DNA of 64,000 nt from Schmidtea polychroa (lineage: Eukaryota), in assembly GCA_044892525.1 (NCBI GenBank), contig CM097885.1, positions 235,724,001 through 235,788,000 of the forward strand, given 5' to 3'. Every line of letters starts with the position of its first letter. The stretch's first letter is position 1. Below the pieces are notes generated by a model, which saw nothing but the letters and a program-made list of their open reading frames with translations, did not search any database and had not been told where the DNA came from. The position numbers and the translations under genes were made by a program. Of the stretch, positions 1 to 12,590 are shown in pieces.

Positions 1-1175
1 AATATCGTCTTTATTGTTATCGTAAAAATTGTATTAAAAAATTATAAACTTTTTTCAGTCATTTTTTTCTAAAAATTTCTAAAAATGTCTGTAAATAATT
101 TATTATAGTGCGTTTTTTCATTAAAATGATTCTAAATATCGAAATTTTGCATACAATTTTTACTATGTGTTGTGTTTGTGTGTCAGTTTATTTTTTCTAC
201 CACTTTCTCACTTTCTATATTACAATCATGTTTCTACTTTTAAAATTAACTGATGCGCAACAGATTTTACCAAGAGTCAAATATATGCCCACACTTATTA
301 TAGCTACTCACCAAATGTTTCACATTCGTGACTTTTCTGAAAGAATATTATTGTGTTTCTCTTACAATTTTCGCTACTGATCATGAAAGTAATCTTATCA
401 TACACTGCCCATGTTAAATCTTTATCTTTTCATATTAAATTTCATTTATGATCTTTCGCTGACGTTATAATATACTCCATGCAACTGTGATATCTTCTGG
501 CATCCGCTTAGGACAGGGTGCTTAATGTTTATGTAGTAGGTAATACAGTGAAGCATCAGTGCCGTAGCCACGGGGGGGGGCATGGGTGGGCAGTGCCACC
601 CCGTTGACTGACTTTGCCCCCCCCCCCCGTTATTTTCACCAAATAAATACGAAAATAACTTCAATTCAGAAATGGAAAATATGTATATAATTTATAATTA
701 TATTTAATCATACAATTCGTACAAGTGATATTTATATTTAAATATAAATGACATAATTTAATTCATTATATTTAATTATAAAATATGTTACTATTACTTA
801 ATAATTAAATATATTGCATTAAATTCAGTATTTAATAATTAAATATAATTAATTAAATTACGTAATTTATAATTAAATATAAGTATTAATTAAATTGAAT
901 AATTATCTGAATAAAATACTTATTGTAACTATGATCATTGTTTAAATTCGCCGACGTAAACTTCCACTTATTTAAATTCGCCGTCACTTATTTAACTCCT
1001 GGCGTCAATCCTAAGGTATGTCCATTTCAGACTATCATGCTGCTCAGCAGCTGTGATTCTTTTTATTTCATATCATTTAATTATTAATATATCTGAATTC
1101 ATCAAACATCATTGAAATCATTTAAAAAAACAACTATTTTTTCCTTCATTGTTATATTATTTTCTCTGTTCAATT

Positions 1176-1637
1176 ATGGACATACGAAAATTCTTCGTCA
1201 CAAAGTTATCCACTTGTGCGAATAAAAGCCCGATGACTACAGCTGTCACCAATATCCCAACAACACCTAAAAGTAGTATTGGAGAAAAGACACTCATTTG
1301 TAATCAGATAAACTCAGCAGACGACACCTCTCATGAAATTCTGTCATCCTCACAACCAATTTCTTCTTCATTTGAACCAGTTCTATCATCATCTCAGCCA
1401 GTTTCATTGTCATCTCAGTCAGAACGACCTCTAGATCTCGGAGTTGATAAGCCTATGCAGCCAAAATTGTTCCCTTCAGCATACCCTAAAACAATGTTTG
1501 GTCAAGTTGAACGTCGCTTCAACCCAGCATGGTTCAACAATCACGATTGGCTGGAATATAGTAAAATCCGAGATGCGGCATTTTGCTTTCCGTGTTACAA
1601 GTTCTCGCATCTTGGATGTATATCGACACACCAGGCG
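1176..1637 (+). CDS. 5' part of outer hAT transposase (TTF-type Zn finger)
   Basis: Contains RRFNPAWFNNHDWLEYSKIRDAAFCFPCYKF. Joins in frame to 4158 once the nested element and one TSD copy are removed. Confidence 0.88.
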
Positions 1638-4149
1638 TAGGGTGGAGCTTATTTTTGAACTTTCAAAATATTACCTTCTTACCCTCCCATTCTGTTCCTA
1701 TATATGAAAGAAAAATTCAGGCAAAATATGAACACAATTGAACAATATTTAGGGGTAGCTCAAGGACAGAGAAGTTTCTGATACTCTTAAGCAGCGGCCG
1801 CCCATTTATTTACGGTACTTTACTATAGTAACTGAGAACTAAGTAAATTGAGACTTTCTCAGACTCTGATAATCATACAACATTTCAATCCTTTTTTTAC
1901 AATATACAATTAACACAAATTCTTCATAGTCCAGGCATGATCAGACTTGTTTAGTATGTTTACTGTGTGGACTGGCTATTGCAGGAGTTTGACAAATGTG
2001 TCTATAAATTTAAATTGTAAACAGTTGATAACACTACTATTAAAGTGAGCATTAAATTGCTGGTAGGCCACTGAAGTGAAGCAAGCCTTCCTGAATCTAT
2101 AGCTGCTGGTAAGTTAGTTGAATGTTATTTGAATATTGAATATTATTTTCAATGTTTAAGTGTGAATAGTAATTAAATGAAGATATAGATTAGTTAGATA
2201 AGTAAATGTGAATTTTGTAATACAATTATTCAAATTAACATATCAATCCATGATTCCAAAGTCAATGCTATTTTTATAATATTCATTTCAGATTCATTTC
2301 TGCAAGAAAATGTCATCAGTTGCAAAAGCAACACGATCTCAAACTGAGTTGTATCTTCTTGGCGATTCCGTGACTCAGTTACGTGGCAGCAAGCTGCCAT
2401 CTTTACGTATGGCTCTTGGACTCTTCCTACATCACCATCTGGAACTGAAAGAGACAATAAGACAATCATCGGCTGTTACCATTACAGAAGTATCGAAGTT
2501 TTGGCAGAAAGCGAGGATCCCGATGAGAGATCATCAAAACTGCCAAACCAAGGTTGAGCATGCATTTGAAGAATGGCGTCTTCTGAAAAAGAACAAGGCA
2601 CGATTATCAGCAACTCAACTAGCGAGAGAATCAGCTTTTAGTTCCAAGCTCGAAGATCTCTTTGATCTTGCTCATGCTGATGCACTGACCAGCCCCTCGG
2701 TACTACAGGAAGATAAAAATTTCTTGTTAGTCCAGAGAGAAAAAGGAAGAAGGGGGTCGATGACTGGTGCAGATGAAAAACTTGCTGCTAAGGAGAAAAG
2801 ATCATTTGAACGAGATGAGCAAATGCTTGCGAGGCGACAGCGAATGGAGCAAGTGAAGCAGTTAGCAGCTTCTACCGCTGAACTGATATCGTCATCTTCT
2901 GAAACCAGCTTAGATGGTGGAAACATGAAAAGTGGAGAAAATCTGAGTGATGATGCTGCAGGAGGCAGCACATTTCGGACGCCAAAAAGAAAGAGGGGGC
3001 GAAAAACTGTTATTACTCCAGAACTTGCAGTAGCTTTAGATAGAACTAAAGTGTCAGATCGCAAGGCTGTTTTCGTTATTGCAGAAACTGCTAAAAGCCT
3101 GGGACAGAACATCGATGAACTTGCTCTAAACAGAGACTCGATTCGACGACTTAGGGTAGAACATCGAGTTCAGAGAGCTGCCAACATAAAAGCAAAGTTC
3201 CAGGATAATGTACCACTTGTAGTTCATTGGGACGGCAAACTGATTCCTGATCTGATTGGAAAGGAGAAGGTTGATCGACTGCCGGTTTTGGTTTCTGGAA
3301 AAGGAGTATCTCAGCTACTTACAGTTGCTAAGCTTCTATCTGGAACAGGCGAAGCTCAGGCTGCTGCTGTATATGAAGCCATCAAAGACTGGGGCATAGC
3401 CAAGAGTATCCGAGCTATGTGTTTTGACACTACTAGCTCAAACACTGGTCGGATTGCTGGTGCTTGTGTACTGTTAGAGCAGAAGCTTCAGAAGGAGTTG
3501 TTATCACTGGCTTGTAGGCACCACATTATGGAACTGATAATTGGGGCAGTTTTCCAGGTCTGCATGGGAGCCTCATCCTCCCCAGAAGTTGCACTCTTCA
3601 AATGCTTTCAAGAGTTCTGGAGATTTATAGATACGGCTAAGTATGAAGCAGGCACTACAGCTGATGACGTAGCAAGTTTACTGGAGGATATAAAGCAAGA
3701 CACCGTCGATTATGCCAACAAGTATCTTGAACAGAGTCAGCCGAGAGATGACTATAAAGAATTCTTGGAACTTGTAATTGTCTTCCTCGCAAAATGTATC
3801 CCGACAGCAGGAAAAAGACTCTGTCCGCCATCTCTGGGTTTACATAATAACAGTTAATTTCAAGTTTGCTGGACATTTACAGATTGTTTGTGTCAGAAGC
3901 TAAAGAAACATTTCACTATTAATGTCTATGTGTGTAACACTGAAGTTTGCAAAAAAATAAAATAGAATCAGAATTTGTTGAATTTACAAAAATTTTATCA
4001 TATTTCAGGCACTTGAGCTACCTCTAAACATAAAAATTTATTGCTTAAACTTTTTATACAGTGTTTCTATACCATAAGGAACAGATTAGGGGGTTAAGAC
4101 TTTCAAAAATTATTTTTTTATTTTTTTTTATTTTTTAAGCTCCACCCTA
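1638..4149 (+). mobile_element. Nested hATm-type DNA transposon, internally deleted
   Basis: Perfect 14-bp TIR TAGGGTGGAGCTTA at both ends. 8-bp TSD ACCAGGCG at 1630-1637 and 4150-4157. Confidence 0.93.
2310..3857 (+). pseudogene. hATm-type transposase lacking most of its C-terminal half
   Basis: Motifs VVHWDGK, DRLPVLVSG, MCFDTTSSNTG and ACRHHIMEL. After FLELVIVFL (~3788) it jumps to a terminal peptide in another frame (RKMYPDSRKKTL). Confidence 0.8.
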
Positions 4150-4157
4150 ACCAGGCG

Positions 4158-6110
4158 GAATCAGAAGCTGCTTTTACTCAAAAAGGCTATCGGAACTGGA
4201 AGCGAGGCTTAGTAAAGCATGAAAAGTCGAAGGCTCATGGAACCGCCATGGCACTCTGGAAAGATTTACAACATCGACAACTAATGGGACAGGAAGTTAG
4301 TACTAAGGTGAATGATGAGCAGTGCGAGAGGAACCGCTACTATGTTCGATCAATGATGGACATAATTTTCTTCCTAACAGCGAATGAATTACCTCTACGA
4401 GGTACTCAAGATTCGGCAGGGCTTCAAAAGTTAGGCAGTGTGCTTGATGATACTTCAGAGCCAACTGAGCCATGTGGTCTATTTGTTAAACTCTTTCAAT
4501 ACACTTTGCAGAAGGATCCCTACTTAGCAAGTGTATATAGTACCATTCCTCAGAATGCCTCTTACACGTCAGCCCAATTTCAAAATGAAATTATTCACCA
4601 CTTGGCTGATCTAGTTAAAGAAAGAATTGTAACAGAACTGGATGACAATTGGTTCACTATTATGTGTGATGGCACAAAGGATGTAAACGGAATTGAAAAT
4701 ATCTCAATTGTTTTACGATTTGTCGATCTCAAGGGAAAAGTTCGTGAACGTTTGTTATGTATTGCAGACACATCTAAGCTGGATGCAGAGAGTTTGACAC
4801 ACTTATTGATCAATCATCTCCAGAAGAACAAGATTCGTCTTGATAGGATATTGGCTCAGTGTTATGACGGAGCCAGTGTCAATTCCGGACACAAAGGTGG
4901 AATCCAATCTCTTCTGCAACAGCGGCTTCAGCGCAGAGTGCCTTATATTCACTGTTTTAACCATCAGCTGCATGTCGTGGTCCAGTATGCTGTTTCCTCA
5001 AACGAAACAGTGGCGCTGTACTTTAGTATCTGTCAACAGCTGTATGTATTCTTCCGTCGTCCCATTATCCAAGCCAAGTATAATGGAGAATCACTAAAAC
5101 GTGTATTGGAACAACGCTGGGAAGGTCATCTTTCAGCTGCTGTCACTGTGGGAAAGTTCCTCCAAGATATTCTCAAAGTTCTCGAAGATTGTGAAAAAGG
5201 TGTTGGAGAGATAGCAGTTATTGCCTCAGGAATCCTCAAAAGATTGGCGGACCCACAATTCCTCCTTCTTTCAAAATGTATGCCAGTGTTATTAAACAAA
5301 TTGAATGTTCCCAACAAACTCCTGCAATCCAAATCAATAACATTTCTAGAAGCTGCTGACTGTGTAAATACAACAAAGGAGATGATTCAAGCAATGAACA
5401 ACGAGGAGACCTTTGAGGTCTATTGGTGCTGTGTAGAGAAGGAGACTGTTGCCTCTGTTGAGTCTGGCCATCCTCGCTCTAAAAGACAGCGCTTGATAAG
5501 CTCTCGATTGATAGACAATGAGTATGATCTTTCTCGACTTTCCACAGATAATTCCATAATGCAGTCTTACCCAAATACGGAACGCACACGAGCATGGCAG
5601 ACATATCAGAATCTTTTAAATGGGTTTTTACATGAACTGAACAATCGTTTTGGGGAGTTGCAATGCGACATTGCAAAATCTGTGGAAGCCACTCACCCTG
5701 CATCAAAAAACTTTCTTGAGAAAGCTGCTCTCCAGCCACTTGCCGACTTGGTAGGTTTGGTTCTTGATGATGTGGAATTACAACTTGCTAAGAAATTCTT
5801 CTCCCAAGAGACTGGCCGAGCAGAAGATCCTCGTTCCATCCAAACTTCACCTGTTTCAGAAGCAATGCCAACCATTCGCCAGATTATTGGATTGGCTCGA
5901 ACAATTGGTGTATCAACTGCTGTTTGTGAGTCTTCTTTTAGCACCCTGAATAGGGTTCTAACACCACAAAGACGCTCTATGCTTCATCAGAGACAATCTG
6001 ATTTGATTCTCATTTCCTACGAGAACGCATTGGCTAGAAGTGTTAAGGAGGATGGTAGTCTGATACGTCGCTTCTGGGAGAGTGGATCAAGAAGACTTCA
6101 ACTGTTTTGA
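4158..6110 (+). CDS. 3' part of outer hAT transposase (catalytic and dimerisation domains)
   Basis: Open from 4158. Motifs IMCDGTKD, QCYDGASVNSG, YIHCFNHQLH, QRW and STAVCESSFSTL give the full DDE triad plus CxxH. Confidence 0.93.
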   Translation, partial: ESEAAFTQKGYRNWKRGLVKHEKSKAHGTAMALWKDLQHRQLMGQEVSTKVNDEQCERNRYYVRSMMDIIFFLTANELPLRGTQDSAGLQKLGSVLDDTSEPTEPCGLFVKLFQYTLQKDPYLASVYSTIPQNASYTSAQFQNEIIHHLADLVKERIVTELDDNWFTIMCDGTKDVNGIENISIVLRFVDLKGKVRERLLCIADTSKLDAESLTHLLINHLQKNKIRLDRILAQCYDGASVNSGHKGGIQSLLQQRLQRRVPYIHCFNHQLHVVVQYAVSSNETVALYFSICQQLYVFFRRPIIQAKYNGESLKRVLEQRWEGHLSAAVTVGKFLQDILKVLEDCEKGVGEIAVIASGILKRLADPQFLLLSKCMPVLLNKLNVPNKLLQSKSITFLEAADCVNTTKEMIQAMNNEETFEVYWCCVEKETVASVESGHPRSKRQRLISSRLIDNEYDLSRLSTDNSIMQSYPNTERTRAWQTYQNLLNGFLHELNNRFGELQCDIAKSVEATHPASKNFLEKAALQPLADLVGLVLDDVELQLAKKFFSQETGRAEDPRSIQTSPVSEAMPTIRQIIGLARTIGVSTAVCESSFSTLNRVLTPQRRSMLHQRQSDLILISYENALARSVKEDGSLIRRFWESGSRRLQLF

Positions 6111-8161
6111 TTTATATTGTATTGTGCCTTTGTTAACTTTTTATTTACTGTAGTGTGCAATCAAGTATTCAACAGTTGCCGAATAAAACTCGTGTTTTAA
6201 TTTCAATTTTTTATGAATCGAAATAAGGGAAAATTTGTTCTAAAACTACAAGATCATATTGCCCCTCCGCAAAATTGGTCTGCCCACCCGCAGACAAATT
6301 CCTAGCTACGCCACTGTGAAGCATGCATTTTTAGGACACAAGAATGTAGTACAGGAGCCACAAGTTGGCTTAAAAAGATAATTCTGTCTATACTACATAA
6401 AATAGGGACAAAGACAAAATGTATTTTCAAAAATATATAATGGCAAGATCAAAGAAGACATTTCAAACACGTCAACAACGACCTGCAATCTGAACCAGAA
6501 GAAAAATGCTTGGAAAATGTTAAAAGTATCATGAAAACTACGGAGCACAAGACTAAATTTGCATATATTACAAGTTTGTTCAAACCAAATAATATGAAAA
6601 GTAACATTTCCTAGAAAATACATCCCGGCATTGTGACAGGCACTACAACAAAATTTCAAAACGCGTTGACAAAAAATAATTAACAACAAAACTCCTTGAA
6701 ACCTGTGTAACTTATGTTACATCTCAAAAATACTGGGTAACTTAATAGATAAAATTGCATTTGTCTCTTTTAATTAAAACTTTTAAAATCGGTCTTATAT
6801 TGTTATTATTTCAAGAACGATTAAATGTCTTTTTCCGGCGTATAAACCCTGAGCCCCTTTTCATAATGTTTAGATCGGCTGATGTTGAACACCGTCATTC
6901 TATAATAGGTTAATGAATTTATACTTGTATTTTTGGACACCTGAATTGGAAAACTTTTATGTACGAATAAGAAATCCCCGCAGATCATTTAATTTCATTA
7001 TTGACGCTAAAAATCCTTTGAAAAAACAAATATTTTTCACTATCTAGTTTTAAAATTTTCTTTTTACAACTCGACATGGACATCAATTTTTGTGAAATTT
7101 TTAGTGAATGAAAATTTATTTTAGAATAATTTATTTTTTGAGATATTTAATTATAAATAATTAAAAATTGAAAAAAAAATCAATTGATTATTTAATGTCA
7201 TTCGATGAAAATAAGAGCACAATCGATAATTACACAAAAGCACAATTGTTCATTTCATTGTTCACATCACTAATTTCACCAGCATTTGGTTTGAAAGGAA
7301 CCTATGGTGACCATATCTTCAAGATTGAAAAGTTCATCTTTGCGAAACGTTTTGTTAAGTGCGTTTCAAACGTTAATTTTTAATTTTAAATAACAATCAT
7401 GATCAATGGTGACTTTTTATATGCATTTGACAACGCGCACAATTATCATTTAATCATTCGAAAATTCAATGCAAATCAGTAATTTGCATTGATAAATATT
7501 ATTTTGCTTGAAAGATTTTCTATAAATCATTGACGTATTCAATACTGCTTAATAAAACGTTTGCATTTGTAATAATTTCAAGAGGAAATAAATTTTTTGA
7601 ATCGTCAAACGCTCCATGAATCACATATGATTTATAACTTTTCTATTTATTAAATTATGATTGTAAGGTGATAAAATAATAATTTATAATAAACCATATA
7701 TATTAATAGGACGCTTTGACCTCAATGTTTGATGACTGATAGAGGAATATTTGTGTGTGCAATGAAGTAAAATAAGCATGCATGATAAATTGTCAGCGTA
7801 GATTCAAATCCATCGTGAATTAGAACTTCGATTTTGTTTTTGAGCGTTTCTGACCTATTTTTAATAATCGATTTCGAATACTTTTTCTGCTTCATTAGCC
7901 GGTGCAGTCATCCATTGATCTGTTTTAATTAATAAATCTTTTTCAGAGACGATTGCTTCATCATTCATCGTAACCATTCCAAAAATAGTAAAGAGAAAAG
8001 GCTTGGAAAAATCTTCATTTTCAAATCCTTTTAAAACAAAATCTATAACTTCCAGAAAATTCTTAAAAAACCAAATCCATTAATTCATCCGAATTTATTC
8101 CAACTGTAAATTACAAGAACATTAATCGAAAATTCCAAAACACTTGCAAAATTAAAAAAAT

Positions 8162-8980
8162 TGTTGGGGTTCAACAAGAGAGGTACAAAAATGAGGTGAA
8201 AAATAAATAAAAACATCAAATTCACAATAATAATCTAAAGTATAAAAATATTAATTAAAAACCATAATAAATTAAAAATGAATATATTCCAGGGGAAACT
8301 GGTATGGGCGGATGCCGAACAAAGAGACGAGTTCAAATATAATAAAATAAAATCAATGGGGGTTCCTAGAAGAAATTAATTACAAAAAACTAAAATTAAT
8401 TAAAAATTAATTAGCTAATAGAAAACCCGAGCTAATGGAGAACTCAAGCTGTGTGAGAGGACCCGAATGGTCAATTAAATTTGCCGACGAATAATTAAAT
8501 TGGGGCAAGCTATTATAAAAAGAAGAAAATTGCCCAAACTAAATAGGTAGATAAGACGAAGCCCGTGGAAATGGATTCAACATAATTTGACAAGTGAAAA
8601 TCAAATTATGAGATGGGTATAAAAGCGACCGGCAAGTAAACAAAATCGCCAATAGGTCGAAGAAACGCAAAGGGATAATCTAGCGAGAGGAAGCACCTGA
8701 TAATTGAACTTAGTGATAACTATATATTTTCGAATCGAGCATACCAGAAAGGGGCATTTCCCGTCGGAAGATTAATCCCTGCGCAAGGTTCAGATTTATA
8801 TTGAAAGGTGCAGAGCAAGAGTTGTTTAAAGTTGTGGTTGTTTCATTAAAGAGTGTAATCGATAAAAGTGTAATTGTATTAGTCTCGAAAAAAGATTATT
8901 GTGTTGGGTTGTCTAACTTAATTTCAAAAAGGACACCAAGAAGTCAGACCGTGACACAAACTTGCAAAAAATACCCAACA
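8162..8980 (+). mobile_element. Solo LTR (gypsy-like)
   Basis: Starts TGTTGGG and ends CCCAACA. 4-bp AAAT on both sides. Internal GGGTATAAAAG. Its 3' end resembles the LTRs at 28604 and 45071. Confidence 0.65.
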
Positions 8981-9859
8981 AAATCAAGAAACATTGTTCA
9001 CGTAAGTGTGCACACACATAGATAAGTACACTTTCAAAACCAACGCGCACACAGACGCGATAATTAACCAATGCATGTGATCTGTAATATTTCTATAACT
9101 AATAATATCACCTTTTCTAGATTATAAAATTGTAAGCACTATAAATAGTATAACAATCTCATGTTCCGATTCGAAATATCTTAAATAAATATTGTATAAC
9201 AATGTCTTCTAACAATGAGATTCCAAGTTTTGCACTGGAGTTTACTTCAAGCCGCATTCTTCCGTCAAAATAATTAAAAGTTAAGCTGCGAACTAAGAAC
9301 GTCCGAATTTTGTGAAAGTCAGCAAGTTAATTTTGTTTTTGTTTATGTTGCTTACTTTATTTTGAAATTTTCGTTGTATAATTATATTTAAAAAAACCGA
9401 TTTTTCAAAAACATTTTTGCATATTATGCGAACAAGGATTATTTTAAAGAGTGTTTTAACTATAAAATTCATAAATGAACAAGCAAATTTTTATTAATTC
9501 AAAATCTTTCTTTGAAATTGTTAATTTGAATTATTACAGGGTTTGCCCGTGGCACCACGATGAATTTTTTATTATGTGATAGAAAAATGTTGAAATATTA
9601 TCTACAACAGATAATTTTCTATGTATAATCACGTTTGAATGAATTTATCTTACGAAGGTGACCGGTGACCCCCGTTTTGCTACAGCGCGATTTCGGGCAA
9701 TTCGCTTTTATTTTGTGGTTGTCAATTACCTCATAATGTTTTTTCATGTTACTGAGTAATTGTTTTACATGCTTATTCTTGCTGAGAGCATCTAACAATC
9801 AGGTAAAATTGTCAATTATACTTTTATAAGCTATAAAAGTTTTTTTTGTTGTTTATTTC

Positions 9860-10140
9860 ATCTTTCTCGCAGAAAAATCTCGCAGAAGTAGTGTCCCAAA
9901 AATGAAATCGTGAAGTTATTGCTCACGGAAATAAAAAAGGTATAACAGTCTTAAATTGGACGGATAAGAGAGATTTATTGATACTTTCAACGAAACATTC
10001 AGCAAAAAAGAATCATCAGTCGATTTATCTGACCAAATAATGGCAATTAATAACCATTGCGTAAAACTTCAAAGTGGTATAGGAAATTAGCAATAGAACT
10101 GTTATTAAATACATATATGGTAAATGCAATGGTATTTGTA
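9860..10140 (+). pseudogene. piggyBac (PGBD4-like) transposase fragment
   Basis: Frameshifted GITVLNWTDKRDLLILSTKH, VDLSDQIMA and KWYRKLAIELLLNTYMVNA. Confidence 0.82.
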
Positions 10141-10789
10141 ATGTACAGTTATTTTTGTTAATATTTTAGTGTTCACAATTAGGAATTGTGAATACTAAAA
10201 TATAAAATGCCACCATCTGGGAAATCCAGATTTTCAAGAAAACTATATAGCGATAATTTGCTATAGTAAATTATCGCTATAGTAAATTGAAAAATTAAAA
10301 AAAAAAGAAATCAATAACCAATTAAAGAGTATAAAGATATCAAAGCTAAATTAGCAGAATAAACAATTTAAGATTATATCAAGGATATATCAGAAAATCA
10401 TTCGTTGGATTCTTATCAAAGAAAGGGGAACAAACAATCTTAACAACTATTATATTGGTATAATATCTGAGAGGTAGGACGATTACGAAACGGAAGAAAA
10501 GAGGTCTGGAGACTGATAGAGATTCACAATAACGAATTTAATTTTTTATCCTAAATACATTCTTGCGCAACACAATCTAAAAAGTAAATTAAAGGAAGTG
10601 AAAGAAAAGAAATTGAGAGACCGGCAGAGATTATTATTAAAGCTACTGACTTTGGTCCAAAAATAAATTACTCAAAAGATTGATTAGAAAAACAACTCGA
10701 AATTACAGCAGAAATATTATAAAAGAAATATTCCATATACCACTTTTCTATTCTGACAGTATTACGGAATTCCCGGTAGCCAAGGTTCT

Positions 10790-11703
10790 TAGTTTTGTTT
10801 AAATAAACGTTTTGGTACAATATATTATTGTTTATTATTATTTTTATTTTATTTGCTATTGTCGTACAAACAAACTCAACACGCACCCCGACTGTCCCGC
10901 CACAAGTTTTAACGGAGACTCTTTCGGGCTCATCAAATTTCTATAACAATAACAACAGTATTATTCAAGCGGATAACTCGCACAAATATTCAAATTCCAG
11001 ATTTTAGAATGAACGTAGTGTTGGGCTAGAACTGATTTCTAAACCCAAAAATTGATTTGTGACTGGAATGCGTAGGTACATAGCACGCAAAAAGCAAAAA
11101 GTACAGTTAAATATAAGAATACACCAAGTAAACAATATTAATTAAGAAGGAAAACAACAAAAAATATAAACCCAGAAAGTAAATAAAGTAAGACAAATGC
11201 AAGAAGTTGTGCAAAAATTTAACTCAAAAATAGCAAAGAAACATAGAGTTACAAAAAACAAACTCGAATAATTTAAAAACAGTAAAAACAGTAAAAATTC
11301 TAGAAAAACCCAGAACATTCCATAAAAATGGCGATAACCATCATGAAAGCCACATAAAACAATAAAAGCTATCAAAATAAATAAATTAGTAATAAAAATA
11401 AAAATTCTTAAAAAGAAAGTCAGAAAACATCAATTAAAATAAAAATTAAATTAAAAGTAATATGGAATGTTCTGGAACCGTTCCAAATCCATCATGGAGG
11501 TAAAATTAGCAAAAAATATTTAGAAAATGGAAATTTAAAAATAAAAATAAAAAAAATGACGCAAAAATCGCCATTAAAAATATCAAAAATAGAAAATAGA
11601 AAATTCTATAATAAAAAGAATTCGAGTTTGTTTTAATGCATCAATACATACACGTGTACTTGCACACACAAAATAGGTATATATACGACGCATTTTAGTC
11701 ACA
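10790..11703 (-). repeat. LTR-like repeat, boundaries uncertain
   Basis: On minus it begins TGTGAC, carries the TGTGTGTGCA motif, has a long T-rich body and ends in an AATAAA cluster. No TSD confirmed. Confidence 0.3.
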
Positions 11704-12384
11704 ATTTAATCTTTTTGTATGCCAAAAATTTTCTCAGAAGATCCAAACGATACGGAAAGTAAGGACTTTGATTGTATAACTGTTATTTTGTTATTATGGT
11801 TCATTATATTGATTAAATTTTTTTTGTTGTCTTTTTATCACATTTAGTTCTACTATTACGGAACAAGAGTGACCAGCGTCGTCGTGGACGGGTTGTAGTC
11901 ACGACGCTGATCAGCCTTGTTTCTAACTAATCGTCTACATGCACAAATTCGGGTCTACGACCCTACATGCATTAAAATTTCAATTTTAACCGAAGGTCGC
12001 CACGAACAAATGGTGTCTAATCATGAGTAGGGCGGGTAAATCCATCCCGGTAGTTGGCATAGTCACAGGGACTATGCGGACGAAATAAATTTTGGGATAG
12101 TAACATATTACAATAAGGCCTATCGTACCGTATTCAGTTGAGTCGGGAAAATAGGAAAATTTTAATTAATTCGACTTTTCGGTAAATGACATACCTAAAA
12201 TAAACACTCAACTATCTTATAGGAGACACATCAGTAGGAAAATCTAAACGGGAAATGTTCCAGACTCAAATTATTACAAAGATTCTCAAGTAGTCGGCTA
12301 ATTAGACAAATTACTACAATTAATACTCAATCTTAATTCATAAACTCTAGCAATCTAATCATGATTATTACAAATGTAATCTAA

Positions 12385-12590
12385 TTCCCGTTCAATGGTG
12401 ACCGAAAATCATTTTGTAAAATTATTTATCTTTATATATATATATCTTATAAAAGTACCAACTTCCGTTCGGTAGTGAACTAAAAGCTTTTCGTAAAATC
12501 ATTTATCTTTATGTCGTTAAAACTTACTAATCCCGTGGGATGGTGAACAAAAACCACTTTGAAATTATTTACCTAGATAACAAACATAAT
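12385..12590. repeat. Three degenerate tandem units (~70 bp)
   Basis: TCC(C)GT...GTGA(A/C)..AAAA..ATT(A)TTTATC recurs at ~12385, 12463 and 12531. Confidence 0.6.

Larger units (their letters stand above)
557..6316 (+). mobile_element. hAT DNA transposon (ZMYM1/DUF4371-like transposase), full length, interrupted by a nested element
   Basis: TIRs CAGTGCCGTAGC at 557 and GCTACGCCACTG ending at 6316. Perfect 8-bp TSD TGAAGCAT at 549-556 and 6317-6324. Transposase lies inside. Confidence 0.96.

Noticed and set aside
2672-5949. Several antisense or overlapping ORFs within the hAT transposases
   Set aside because: Shadows of GC-richer coding sequence with no recognisable motifs.
10905-10945. TTGATGAGCCCGAAAG on minus, resembling a hammerhead core
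   Set aside because: It has U instead of C at the core start, no closing stem II followed by GAAA, and no cleavage triplet.
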